This document shows, piece by piece, positions 31,216 to 40,589 of a stretch of DNA of 64,000 bases (position 1 is its first letter; each line of letters begins with the position of its first letter). A model generated the notes under the pieces. It ran no database searches. It was not told the DNA's origin and worked only from the letters and a program-made list of their open reading frames with translations. Source of the stretch: an uncultured Candidatus Saccharibacteria bacterium (lineage in GTDB: Bacteria > Patescibacteriota > UBA1384 > CAILIB01 > JAUSJZ01); contig CAYQWZ010000001.1 in NCBI GenBank assembly GCA_964421635.1, positions 7,267 to 71,266 of the forward strand, written 5' to 3'. A program made the translations under genes and the position numbers.

Positions 31216-32168
31216 TGGAACTGAGTCAAAAGATAGACAAAATATTAAAATCAGATATTTCAGTAGAGCAAAAAAGAATAAAACTCCTTGGTAGAAAAGG
31301 GTTGTTAAGTTTGGAATTTAAAAGAATGAAATCTTTGCCTAAAAGTAAAATGGCAAAAATTGGCAAAGAACTTAATAATTTTAGACAACAAATTCAGAGC
31401 TCTCTAAACAGTAACGACGAAATCAAGGAAAGTGTTTTTGATTTATCAGCACCTGCTAGTAGAAAAACATTTGGTGCCAAACACCCAATAAGTATAACAA
31501 TTGACCAGATGGTCGATATTTTCTCAAAACTGGGTTTTGAAGTGTTTACAGGCAATGAGGCAGTTTCTGATTATGACAATTTTGGCAGTTTGAACTTCAG
31601 TCCAGATCACCCAGCTAGAGATACTCAAGATTCATTTATGCTTAAAAATTCGAACTTAATGATGCGTACTCAAACATCAGCAATGCAGATTGAAGTAATG
31701 AAGAAGCAAAAACCACCAATAAGAGCTATTGTTCCTGGTAAAACCTTCCGGCGTGAACTAGATGCTACTCATGTGCCAATGTTCAACCAGCTAGAAGGAT
31801 TCATAGTAGATAAAAATGTCTCTTTTTCAGATTTAAAAGGCTTACTGTCAGATTTTGTTGAACTATTTTTTGAAAAGAAAATTGAGATGAGATTTCGACC
31901 CCATTATTTTCCCTTTACGGAGCCGAGCGCAGAGATCGATATATTATGGAAACAGCCAGGAAAGAAAGATAAGTGGCTTGAGATATTGGGATGCGGTTCA
32001 ATTCACCCTAGTGTTTTAATAAATGCTGGTATTAATCCTAAAATATATCAGGGTATTGCTTTTGGATTAGGCATTGAGCGACCGTTTATGCTCAAATATG
32101 GAGTTAATGATATGAGAGAATTATACAAAAACGAGGTTGAATTTTTAAAACAATTATCTGATTTATGA
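31215..32168 (+). CDS. pheS: Phenylalanyl-tRNA synthetase alpha
   Basis: HPARDTQD, FRPHYFPFTEPS, AFGLGIER. Confidence 0.98.
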   Translation: MELSQKIDKILKSDISVEQKRIKLLGRKGLLSLEFKRMKSLPKSKMAKIGKELNNFRQQIQSSLNSNDEIKESVFDLSAPASRKTFGAKHPISITIDQMVDIFSKLGFEVFTGNEAVSDYDNFGSLNFSPDHPARDTQDSFMLKNSNLMMRTQTSAMQIEVMKKQKPPIRAIVPGKTFRRELDATHVPMFNQLEGFIVDKNVSFSDLKGLLSDFVELFFEKKIEMRFRPHYFPFTEPSAEIDILWKQPGKKDKWLEILGCGSIHPSVLINAGINPKIYQGIAFGLGIERPFMLKYGVNDMRELYKNEVEFLKQLSDL

Positions 32169-34540
32169 TATTTTCTATTGAATGGTTAAATAGTTTTTGC
32201 AAAATTAACTCTAACACTAAATTACTGAGTGATTCATTAACTATGAGAGCAGCTGAAATCGAAGAGATAATTCCTGCCCCAAAGCCAGTCAAGGAAGCTA
32301 GATTGGTAAGAATCATTAATGTTAAAAAACATCCTAATGCAGACAAATTAAAACTAGTAGAGCTACAGGTTTCAAAAAAGAAACAGACGGTAGTGTGTGG
32401 TGCTAATAATATATCAATTGGTGATGTTGTGCCTCTATTATCTGTTGGTAATCACTATTACGATTCTGAAAAGAAATTGCAAAAACTTTCTGCCGCAACA
32501 ATTAGGGGAATAAAATCTCAAGGAATGCTGGCATCAGAAAGGGATTTAGGACTATCAAATGAGCATCAGGGAATTTTAATATTAAAGAATAATACAAAAG
32601 CTAAAAACTTACAATCATATTTAGGTTGGACCAAGCCATTACTTAAACTTGAAATTACCCCTAACCGATCAGACTTATTCTCATACTTTGGGCTGTCAAG
32701 AGAAATAAGTGTCATCGAAAAAAGCCGTTTGAATGACATCAAGATAGAAGGATTATCAATTGATAGCAAAAAGAGCACATCCAAATTAAATATTGACATT
32801 GACACAAAAGATTGTCTTAGATACGCAGCCCTGACAATAGATAGTATTACTAACAGACAATCACCACTTTGGCTTAGCAACAGACTAAGGCTATCAGGTA
32901 TTAATCCTATTAATGCAATAGTAGATATTACAAACTACGTTATGCTTGAATTAGGTCAACCACTCCACGCTTTTGACTTCGACAAGCTAAAACAATCTAA
33001 TGGTAAGGCTTCAATAAGTGTAAAAAAAGCTGAAAATAACAAAATCTTTACTACACTCGATGGTACTAAACTAAACTTTACTAATAAGGACACAATAATA
33101 TCAAACAATGATGTGCCTATTGCACTAGCTGGTATTGTTGGAGGTATAAATTCTCAAATTGATCCTGAGACTACTAAGATAATACTTGAAGCAGCAATAT
33201 TTGATGCTGGTGTAACTAGAAGATCATCAATTCACCATAATCTAAGAACAGAATCATCTACTAGATTCGAAAAAGGAATTGACCCTGAATTACCAGTGAT
33301 TGCTTTAAAACGAGCAGCAGCATTAATTAAAGAAATTTGCGACGGTGAAGTTGTTGGCAGAATTCATGACCTAAAAAACTCTAGGTTCGAAAAACGCAGA
33401 GTAAATATATCCTTAATTCGCGCTGCAAAATCATTGGGGTTTGAGATAGATAAAATTAAAGTCAAGAATCTTCTTTCTTCTATTGGTTTTTCTGTTACAA
33501 CCACCAGCAAGGATACATTAGGTGTAATTGTTCCATCTTGGAGAATTGATGTTGAAATAGAAGAAGATATCTTTGAGGAGATTGCTAGACTAATTGGTTA
33601 CGAAAATATTTCTCCCACCACTCCAGGCGGAGATTTTAAAACACCAAAGAATAATGATTCATATTGGCAATTAAGAAATATTAAAGAACACATTGCAAAC
33701 AGAAACTTCTTTGAAGCAGTCAGTCAACCATTTGTTAGTGACTCAGATATGAGCAACTTTCATTTAAATCATTTAGTAGAAATTGATAATCCTACAACAA
33801 AAAACGAAAAATATCTGAGGCCAAATGTTAGCGTACCGTTAATTAAACGAGCTATAGCTGAAAGTAGAAACTCTGACACTGCTAATTATTTTGAAATAGG
33901 CAGAGTATTTATAAAAAATAATAAAAAGCTAATAGAATATGAAGGTCTTTCTTTGGTTACTTTATGTAATAATTACACCTCAAGCACCCGTTATATTAAA
34001 CAACTTATTTCAGGAATAAAAACAAAATTAAACATTAAAAATAATATTTGCTTTAAATCTAGTAAGTCTGATATTAATTATTTAGCTGATAACATTGAAA
34101 ATATTTGTATTGAAGATAAAGTGGTTGGCTTTATTGGTATATTGAAATTAAACTTATTAAAACGAGGAAAGGTTCGTGGCAACCGTCATATAGTTGTATG
34201 TGAAATTAACCTTAAGACCTTACTCAATCTTCAAAAAGAAAATCAACATTTTCGAAAAAGCAGTGCTTACCCGCCAATTAAAAGAGACATAAGCCTATTG
34301 ATTAAGAAGGGGACCATAATAAACGCCATTGAATCTATTGATACAAAAAAGATAGAGCACCTTGTTGATTATTTTGTCAAAGATATTTTTGAGACTGAAA
34401 CAGGAAAAAAATCAATTACAATTAGTTTTATTTTTCAGTCATATGATTACACATTGAAAGACGAGTATATTAATAAACAGATAGATAAAGTAATCTCCAA
34501 ACTCTCAAAAAATACTGACATACAGCTTAGAATATCGTAA
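32165..34540 (+). CDS. pheT: Phenylalanyl-tRNA synthetase beta
   Basis: HPNADKL, VVCGA.N, ITPNRSD, GQPLHAFD, EEIARLIGY, FDX-ACB C-terminus. Confidence 0.97.
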   Translation: MIFSIEWLNSFCKINSNTKLLSDSLTMRAAEIEEIIPAPKPVKEARLVRIINVKKHPNADKLKLVELQVSKKKQTVVCGANNISIGDVVPLLSVGNHYYDSEKKLQKLSAATIRGIKSQGMLASERDLGLSNEHQGILILKNNTKAKNLQSYLGWTKPLLKLEITPNRSDLFSYFGLSREISVIEKSRLNDIKIEGLSIDSKKSTSKLNIDIDTKDCLRYAALTIDSITNRQSPLWLSNRLRLSGINPINAIVDITNYVMLELGQPLHAFDFDKLKQSNGKASISVKKAENNKIFTTLDGTKLNFTNKDTIISNNDVPIALAGIVGGINSQIDPETTKIILEAAIFDAGVTRRSSIHHNLRTESSTRFEKGIDPELPVIALKRAAALIKEICDGEVVGRIHDLKNSRFEKRRVNISLIRAAKSLGFEIDKIKVKNLLSSIGFSVTTTSKDTLGVIVPSWRIDVEIEEDIFEEIARLIGYENISPTTPGGDFKTPKNNDSYWQLRNIKEHIANRNFFEAVSQPFVSDSDMSNFHLNHLVEIDNPTTKNEKYLRPNVSVPLIKRAIAESRNSDTANYFEIGRVFIKNNKKLIEYEGLSLVTLCNNYTSSTRYIKQLISGIKTKLNIKNNICFKSSKSDINYLADNIENICIEDKVVGFIGILKLNLLKRGKVRGNRHIVVCEINLKTLLNLQKENQHFRKSSAYPPIKRDISLLIKKGTIINAIESIDTKKIEHLVDYFVKDIFETETGKKSITISFIFQSYDYTLKDEYINKQIDKVISKLSKNTDIQLRIS

Positions 34541-35529
34541 TGATACAAAATACTGTCAGTACAAAAACCAAACTTTTAATATTTGCTCTACTGGTAATAA
34601 TATTTAAAAGCATATCTTTAGCTGGTGCTTATAGGCAAATAAGTGATATATCTTATGACCCGAGAGTGCTTGGCACAAATTTATCAAAAGACATTTCTAC
34701 AGGCTTTTTGCCAGATTATCCAGTGCTAACTGATGACACACCCACTTTTGCTTCGCGTCAGTACACTCTTTTCGATGTTGATAGTGGTATATATTTGGTT
34801 AATCAAGACGCTATTACACCCGTACCCTTAGCCAGTACTACAAAGATTATGACTACTATACTGGCTATCGAAGAGTTAGATTTAGACAGTGTTCATACCG
34901 TTAATAAAGAATCCTCTTTTCAGATAGGATCCTCAGTGTTATTGCGTCCTGAAGAAAGGATTACCGTTAAATCCCTTTTATACGCCGCTTTGTTAAACTC
35001 TGGTAATGATTCAGCCTACTGTCTAGCTCATGAATTGGGGCTTCATTATTCAAATAATCCTTCTATTAATTACGAAGATGCAATTGCACTAACAGTGTCC
35101 AAAATGAATGAGAAAGCTCAGCAATTGGGTTTACAAACACTTTATTTTACAGATCCTTCAGGATTAGAAACTTCTAATGTTGGTAGTGCACATGATATGG
35201 CAATGCTTGCCAGTTATGCAATGAATAATGATACTTTTAGTACAATATCTGGAACAGCTGAAACAACTATCTACAGTACCGATGGGCTAGTACAACATCA
35301 ATTAAAAAACTCCAACCGTTTAATTTCCGATTGGCATTATCCTGGAGCACTTGGTGTTAAAACAGGTTTTACTCCAGATGCAGGTCATAATCTTATCGCT
35401 GCTCTAAATTTCAACGGTCACACCCTAATAGCAGTTGTTTTCAATACTTTTTCTGACACTAAACCTGCTTCAGCAGAAGTAGCGCGCGATATATTAGACT
35501 ACGCTAAAAGATCTATAGAGTACCATTAG
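34540..35529 (+). CDS. D-alanyl-D-alanine carboxypeptidase (peptidase S11)
   Basis: ASTTK (SxxK), SGN (SxN), KTG. Confidence 0.93.
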   Translation: MIQNTVSTKTKLLIFALLVIIFKSISLAGAYRQISDISYDPRVLGTNLSKDISTGFLPDYPVLTDDTPTFASRQYTLFDVDSGIYLVNQDAITPVPLASTTKIMTTILAIEELDLDSVHTVNKESSFQIGSSVLLRPEERITVKSLLYAALLNSGNDSAYCLAHELGLHYSNNPSINYEDAIALTVSKMNEKAQQLGLQTLYFTDPSGLETSNVGSAHDMAMLASYAMNNDTFSTISGTAETTIYSTDGLVQHQLKNSNRLISDWHYPGALGVKTGFTPDAGHNLIAALNFNGHTLIAVVFNTFSDTKPASAEVARDILDYAKRSIEYH

Positions 35530-36215
35530 AGTTTAACGCCAAGTTTGGCCACAGCATCTGCAGCTGCAGATATTTCAGCTTTTTGTTTACTATTACCTTT
35601 GCCCTTTCCAAGAGTCCCACTCCCTGATTTGACAACAACAATAAATTCTTTTTCATGGTCTGGCCCAGATTCCTTAATTACCTCGTAATTTGGAGTGACA
35701 CCTTTACTTTTTTGCATCAATTCTTGAAGATGACTTTTCGGATCAATGTGTAGTTTTTTATCTAAAATTTCTCCAAGATTCACAATTAAATTCTCATGAA
35801 TGAATTTATCTGCGATTTCGTACCCTTGATCTAAATATATAGCTCCTATCACAGATTCAAAGACATTGGCTAATATTAAACTTTTTGCTTTTCCTTGGCT
35901 AACCTGCTCTCCCTTCGAAAGTAATAAAAACTTTTCAAATCCTAATTTATTTGCAACCATTGAAATACTCTCTCCTTTTACCAAAGCTGCCCGCCAGTTT
36001 GTTAATTCCCCCTCGGGATTATCGTAATTCTTATAAAGATGGTCTGTAACAGATAGTTCTAAGACAGCGTCTCCTAAAAATTCCAACCTTTCATTGTGCG
36101 TCTCAATCGATTTATGTTCATTAAGATATGACTTATGAACGAAGGCTGTCTCTAATAGCTTTTTATCTTCAAACTTAATTTTTATAACTTTTTCAATATC
36201 ATCTACATTTTTCAT
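35526..36215 (-). CDS. rnc: Ribonuclease III
   Basis: NERLEFLGDAVL; dsRBD with GPDH. Confidence 0.98.
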   Translation of the reverse strand: MKNVDDIEKVIKIKFEDKKLLETAFVHKSYLNEHKSIETHNERLEFLGDAVLELSVTDHLYKNYDNPEGELTNWRAALVKGESISMVANKLGFEKFLLLSKGEQVSQGKAKSLILANVFESVIGAIYLDQGYEIADKFIHENLIVNLGEILDKKLHIDPKSHLQELMQKSKGVTPNYEVIKESGPDHEKEFIVVVKSGSGTLGKGKGNSKQKAEISAAADAVAKLGVKL

Positions 36216-36643
36216 TTGTCTCCTTTTTCAATATATTTTCTATAAATTGTACCGAGTACTCCATTAACAAATTTCGATGAATTGTCTGAACCAAATCTTT
36301 TTGCAATTTCAACCGCCTCATTGATTACTACTTTTGAGGGAGTTTCTTCAATATCTTTTTTATAAAATAATTCAGCCAAACTTATTCTCAAAATTACCTT
36401 ATCTACTCGTGATACTTTCTCAATTGGCCAATCTGGAGCAGCTTCCAATATATATTTATCCAGCTTGTCTGCCTTGTCAGCCACTGCAGCAATAACTCTT
36501 TTTGCAAATTCAAGATCTAAATCATCACCAATTTCATCATAAACTCTTTGAAAGTTCTCTAGAGCGTCATTAGTTCTAAAGTCTGACTCAAACAAGGCTT
36601 GAAATATAGCTTGCCTCGTAAGATATCTATTCGGTTTTTTCAT
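36212..36643 (-). CDS. nusB: Transcription antitermination factor NusB
   Basis: VVINEAVEIAKRFG, FVNGVL. Confidence 0.96.
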   Translation of the reverse strand: MKKPNRYLTRQAIFQALFESDFRTNDALENFQRVYDEIGDDLDLEFAKRVIAAVADKADKLDKYILEAAPDWPIEKVSRVDKVILRISLAELFYKKDIEETPSKVVINEAVEIAKRFGSDNSSKFVNGVLGTIYRKYIEKGDK

Positions 36644-36645
36644 AT

Positions 36646-36792
36646 TTAACCTACACAGTTAACACAACGTCTATGTGAAGCAACTGTCTTGCCACACCCA
36701 GGACATTTACCAACTGCATAAGTTTTTAGGTTTTTCTTTGCGAAAGCTTTTCTAGTTCTCGATATACTTTTCTGTTTCTTTGGTTCAGCCAT
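36646..36792 (-). CDS. rpmF: 50S ribosomal protein bL32 (not in ORF track)
   Basis: Translated by hand: MAEPKKQKSISRTRKAFAKKNLKTYAVGKCPGCGKTVASHRRCVNCVG. Confidence 0.92.
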   Translation of the reverse strand: MAEPKKQKSISRTRKAFAKKNLKTYAVGKCPGCGKTVASHRRCVNCVG

Positions 36793-36818
36793 TATATTAC
36801 GTTATTTTTTACCTTGCT

Positions 36819-36847
36819 ATATTATCTCTTTTTATTGTAATTGTCAA
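36819..36847 (-). promoter_or_regulatory. Promoter for rpmF-nusB-rnc
   Basis: Minus strand TTGACA (overlaps leuS TGA stop)-17 nt-TAATAT. Confidence 0.7.
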
Positions 36848-39219
36848 TTGACTATCAGGTTTACAATCTTGCCTGGCACTACTATTGATTTTATTACCTT
36901 TCTGCCATTTATATAATTGACAACATTTTCTACCTTCATTGCAGCCACTTCTTGTTCATCCTTCGTGCTAGATGAACCAATAGTAAAGGTTCCTCTTAAC
37001 TTTCCATTTACCTGTACAGCAATATTAACCTCATTCTCAGCAATTAAATCTTTATCATATTCTGGCCACAAAGCATTCTCTAATTTTTCCTTACCTAATA
37101 TTTTCCATGCCTCATTAGAAACGAAGGGCGCATAAATAGAAAGGATTGCAATAAACTTTGAAAAATCTTCTTTTCCTATATTGTTCTTTTCGCAGACTGC
37201 TATAAGCTCCATCATGGAAGATATTGCCGTATTAAAATGATAGCGTTCTGTGTCTTCTGTCACTTTCTTTATTGTTTTATTCAGAGCCTTGGCCATTTTA
37301 GCCGATGTAGTTTTATCGACTTCTTTAACCTTTTTAGCGAGGGCATAGAACCTATCAACAAACCTTCTTGAGCCAACAATAGACTCTGTATTCCACGGTT
37401 TCTCATCAGAAAATGGTCCCATAAATAACTCATGCAATCTTAACACATCAGCTCCATATTCATCTATTACATCGTCAGGATTAATAACATTACCCTTAGA
37501 CTTACTCATCTTTTGATTGTCAGGGCCTAATATTACTCCAACATGTCGCAATTTTGTAAAAGGCTCTTCAAAATCAATTAAATCGATGTCTTTAAAGAAC
37601 TTTGTGAAGAATCTGGCGTACAAAAGATGCAACACTGCATGTTCAGCTCCTCCAACATATATATCTACAGGCAACCATTCTTTTGTCTCTCTCTCACCAA
37701 ATATCTTCTCATTGTTATTAGTACTCGGATATCTTAAATAATACCAACTAGAGCAGACAAAGGTATCCATGGTGTCTGTTTCTCTTTTAGCCTTAGCTCC
37801 ACATTTTGGACAAACTGTATTTACAAATTCATCTGAATCAGCCAGTGGGGAATAGCCCTTAGGATTAAAATCAATATCTTCTGGTAATTCAACTGGCAAA
37901 TATGACTCTTCTACCGCAACTGGACCACATTTATCACAATGTACAATTGGTATCGGTGCACCCCAGTATCTTTGGCGCGAAATCAACCAATCTCTTAATT
38001 TGTAATTCACGGAATCTCTACCACCTGCTTTTTTTGTAATAAGGCTTTTTGCTTTCTGACTATCAAGGCCATTAAACTCATCACTATTTAATAATTTTCC
38101 TCGCCCTTCATAAGCTTTATTATCTTCAAACCCTTCTATAACTGGAATTATTTCAAGATTGTATTTGGTGGCAAATTCAAAGTCTCTTTTATCATGCGCC
38201 GGAACAGCCATAATTGCACCCGTTCCGTAATTGCTCATTACATAATCTGCAATATATATTGGAATAGCTTTCTTATTTACCGGATTAATAGCGTATGAGC
38301 CAATAAACACTCCTGTTTTTTCTTTCTGTAATTGAGTTCTATGCAATTCAGATTTATTCGAAGCAGCAGTAATGTATTTTTCAACCTCCTCCTTCTTTTC
38401 TTTGGTTACTAACTTTTTTATTAATTTATGTTCCGGCGCCAAAACCATATAGGTAGCCCCATATAAAGTATCTGGTCTTGTAGTAAAGACTTCTATAATT
38501 TCTTTGCTTTCTTGTACGCTAAATTCCAAGCTTGCCCCAATTGATTTTCCAATCCAGTTTCTCTGTGAAACCTTTATTGATTCTGGCCAATCAATTTTAT
38601 CTAAACCGTTTAATAATCTTTCAGCATAATCTGTGATTTTAAAAAACCACTGTTTCATATCTTTCTGTACAATCTTTCCGTGACATCTCTCACACTCACC
38701 ATTCACTACCTGCTCATTAGCCAAAACAGTCTGACATCCCTCACACCAATTGACACTCGCTTCTTTCTGATAAGCAAGTCCTTTTTCAAACAGCTTAATA
38801 AATATCCATTGGGTCCATTTATAATATTCAGGTGATGAGGTGCTAATTTCTAGATTCCAATCATAACTGAGCCCTGTCGCATCCATCTGTTTTCTAAATC
38901 GTTCAATATTCTTAGAAGTTGTATCTTTCGGCTGTTTTCCTTCTTTTATAGCGTAGTTCTCTGCCGGTAGCCCAAATGAATCCCAACCCATAGGGTGCAT
39001 AACGTCATACTTATTCATACGATAGTACCTAGCCAGCGTATCTGTGCCAGCGTATCCTTCTATATGGCCAACATGCAAACCTTCTCCAGAAGGATAGGGG
39101 AACATATCTAGAATGTATTTCTTGTTCTTTGGATTTTTTGCAGTTTTAAAAGTATTATTGTCTTGCCAATATTTAATCCACTTTTTTTCAACAATTTTGT
39201 GAGGAAATGTTTTTTTCAT
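36844..39219 (-). CDS. leuS: Leucyl-tRNA synthetase
   Basis: MFPYPSG.GLHVGH, CP1 editing domain (TTRPDT, GTGAIMAVPAHD), KMSKS. Confidence 0.98.
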   Translation of the reverse strand: MKKTFPHKIVEKKWIKYWQDNNTFKTAKNPKNKKYILDMFPYPSGEGLHVGHIEGYAGTDTLARYYRMNKYDVMHPMGWDSFGLPAENYAIKEGKQPKDTTSKNIERFRKQMDATGLSYDWNLEISTSSPEYYKWTQWIFIKLFEKGLAYQKEASVNWCEGCQTVLANEQVVNGECERCHGKIVQKDMKQWFFKITDYAERLLNGLDKIDWPESIKVSQRNWIGKSIGASLEFSVQESKEIIEVFTTRPDTLYGATYMVLAPEHKLIKKLVTKEKKEEVEKYITAASNKSELHRTQLQKEKTGVFIGSYAINPVNKKAIPIYIADYVMSNYGTGAIMAVPAHDKRDFEFATKYNLEIIPVIEGFEDNKAYEGRGKLLNSDEFNGLDSQKAKSLITKKAGGRDSVNYKLRDWLISRQRYWGAPIPIVHCDKCGPVAVEESYLPVELPEDIDFNPKGYSPLADSDEFVNTVCPKCGAKAKRETDTMDTFVCSSWYYLRYPSTNNNEKIFGERETKEWLPVDIYVGGAEHAVLHLLYARFFTKFFKDIDLIDFEEPFTKLRHVGVILGPDNQKMSKSKGNVINPDDVIDEYGADVLRLHELFMGPFSDEKPWNTESIVGSRRFVDRFYALAKKVKEVDKTTSAKMAKALNKTIKKVTEDTERYHFNTAISSMMELIAVCEKNNIGKEDFSKFIAILSIYAPFVSNEAWKILGKEKLENALWPEYDKDLIAENEVNIAVQVNGKLRGTFTIGSSSTKDEQEVAAMKVENVVNYINGRKVIKSIVVPGKIVNLIVN

Positions 39220-39234
39220 ATCGTCTTGACTCTA

Positions 39235-39600
39235 TCAGATTTCTAACTGATTAAAAAGGTTATTTAAATCCTCTAAACTATGAAATCCTACCAGTTCTAT
39301 ACCGATATCGCTTATAAATATCATCGGCAGATCTTCAATTTTTTGCTGCTCACAGTATTCGATATTATCACTACAATCAATAATATTTAAATTTGTCGCA
39401 TACGGTGCAAACTCATTTAATTGCTTGGTACTCTCATTATCATATTTAGAGATAAATATTACACTATTCAATGAATTTAACTTTTCTGTAATTCTACCTC
39501 TTGTTCTGGCAGGATCATATTTAGATGAATATAGTAATAGGGCAACTAAAATAACACTACCCAGTATTATTATTAATGCTAAATTAAGCTTCTTGCTCAT
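39235..39600 (-). CDS. Membrane-anchored thioredoxin-fold-like protein lacking CxxC
   Basis: N-terminal TM; IDC..YC..IEDLP..G..SLEDL pattern of small thioredoxin-like proteins. Confidence 0.55.
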   Translation of the reverse strand: MSKKLNLALIIILGSVILVALLLYSSKYDPARTRGRITEKLNSLNSVIFISKYDNESTKQLNEFAPYATNLNIIDCSDNIEYCEQQKIEDLPMIFISDIGIELVGFHSLEDLNNLFNQLEI

Positions 39601-40444
39601 TTAAAAATTCTTCAATCTTCTCTTTATAAAGTTTTATCTGATCAACATTTCGTAAAAATACATTATGATCACCATCTACAAGATAAAAAGATATATTGTC
39701 TAGCTTCAAATCTTTTATTCTGTTTACTTCGTCAATTGAAGATTTTTCATCTTGATAACCGTGCATAATCAAAGTTGGCTCATTAATATATGGAATTACT
39801 TGGTGTGGACTATAAATGCTAATACCATGATAGAAACGCTCGAAAAAGGTTACAAAGGAGTTTAATAGAGTTGGCGCAAATGTACTGATATCTTGGCTAA
39901 ATTTTAATTTTGATTCAAATGTATTAATTACAGAACTGACAAATATAATTTTATCTAGCTCAATTTCATTCGCCATATGAGCAACAGGTATTCCACCCAT
40001 TGAATGCCCAATCAACGAAATATTTGCATTACTAAAATTATTTTCGTTGGCAAATTCAAGAATAGCTTGTAAATCTAATTTTTCGTAAAGGCCGTAACTA
40101 TTTTGACCTGTTTCTCCTCGATAGCTGAAAGTAATCACATTGAATCCTGCATTTTGCAAGTAAAGTGCCAAAGGTATCAAGGTAGATCTATTTCCACTCC
40201 AACCGTGAGATATAATTACCAGTTTTTCAGAAGTGTCATTCTTTAATAACCAGCCCTTAACAGATAATTTATCTCTGGCTTTTGATTCAACTTCAAAATA
40301 TTGATAATTATCTTTTGGATAAAATATAATTTCGTTTGAAGCTCCTTTTATGGTCAGACCACTAATAACAAAAGAAACAACAATAAAATATGTTAATAAG
40401 GTTAATGCAATAATCTTAGATTTACGGATAATCATCTTATTCAT
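39584..40444 (-). CDS. Alpha/beta hydrolase, membrane anchored
   Basis: HGWS, GHSMG nucleophile elbow, HG.QD, GDH; start at 40444 because the longer ORF runs into the tRNA. Confidence 0.88.
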   Translation of the reverse strand: MNKMIIRKSKIIALTLLTYFIVVSFVISGLTIKGASNEIIFYPKDNYQYFEVESKARDKLSVKGWLLKNDTSEKLVIISHGWSGNRSTLIPLALYLQNAGFNVITFSYRGETGQNSYGLYEKLDLQAILEFANENNFSNANISLIGHSMGGIPVAHMANEIELDKIIFVSSVINTFESKLKFSQDISTFAPTLLNSFVTFFERFYHGISIYSPHQVIPYINEPTLIMHGYQDEKSSIDEVNRIKDLKLDNISFYLVDGDHNVFLRNVDQIKLYKEKIEEFLNEQEA

Positions 40445-40467
40445 AAAAAAAATCCCTAATTGAGGGA
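40445..40467 (-). terminator. Intrinsic terminator after tRNA-Ala
   Basis: Minus strand TCCCT-CAATT-AGGGA followed by T8. Confidence 0.6.
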
Positions 40468-40468
40468 A

Positions 40469-40545
40469 TGGTGGACCCAGGCGGGTTCGAACCGCCGGCC
40501 TCATGCATGCCATGCATGCGCTCTAACCAACTGAGCTATGGGCCC
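40469..40545 (-). tRNA. tRNA-Ala (GGC)
   Basis: GGGCCCA..TGGGTCC-ACCA acceptor with G3:U70, anticodon arm CATGC-AT-GGC-AT-GCATG, TTCGAAC T-loop, encoded CCA. Confidence 0.97.
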
Positions 40546-40589
40546 CGAGCAATCCCTATAATGACATATCTAAAATCTTTTTTAAAGAT

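Noticed and set aside
36780-36807. dif-like TATATTACGTTA
   Set aside because: Only a partial XerD arm; the XerC arm does not fit and overlaps the rpmF start
40502-40518. Repeat-like CATGCATGCCATGCATG
   Set aside because: It is the tRNA-Ala anticodon stem-loop, not a repeat element
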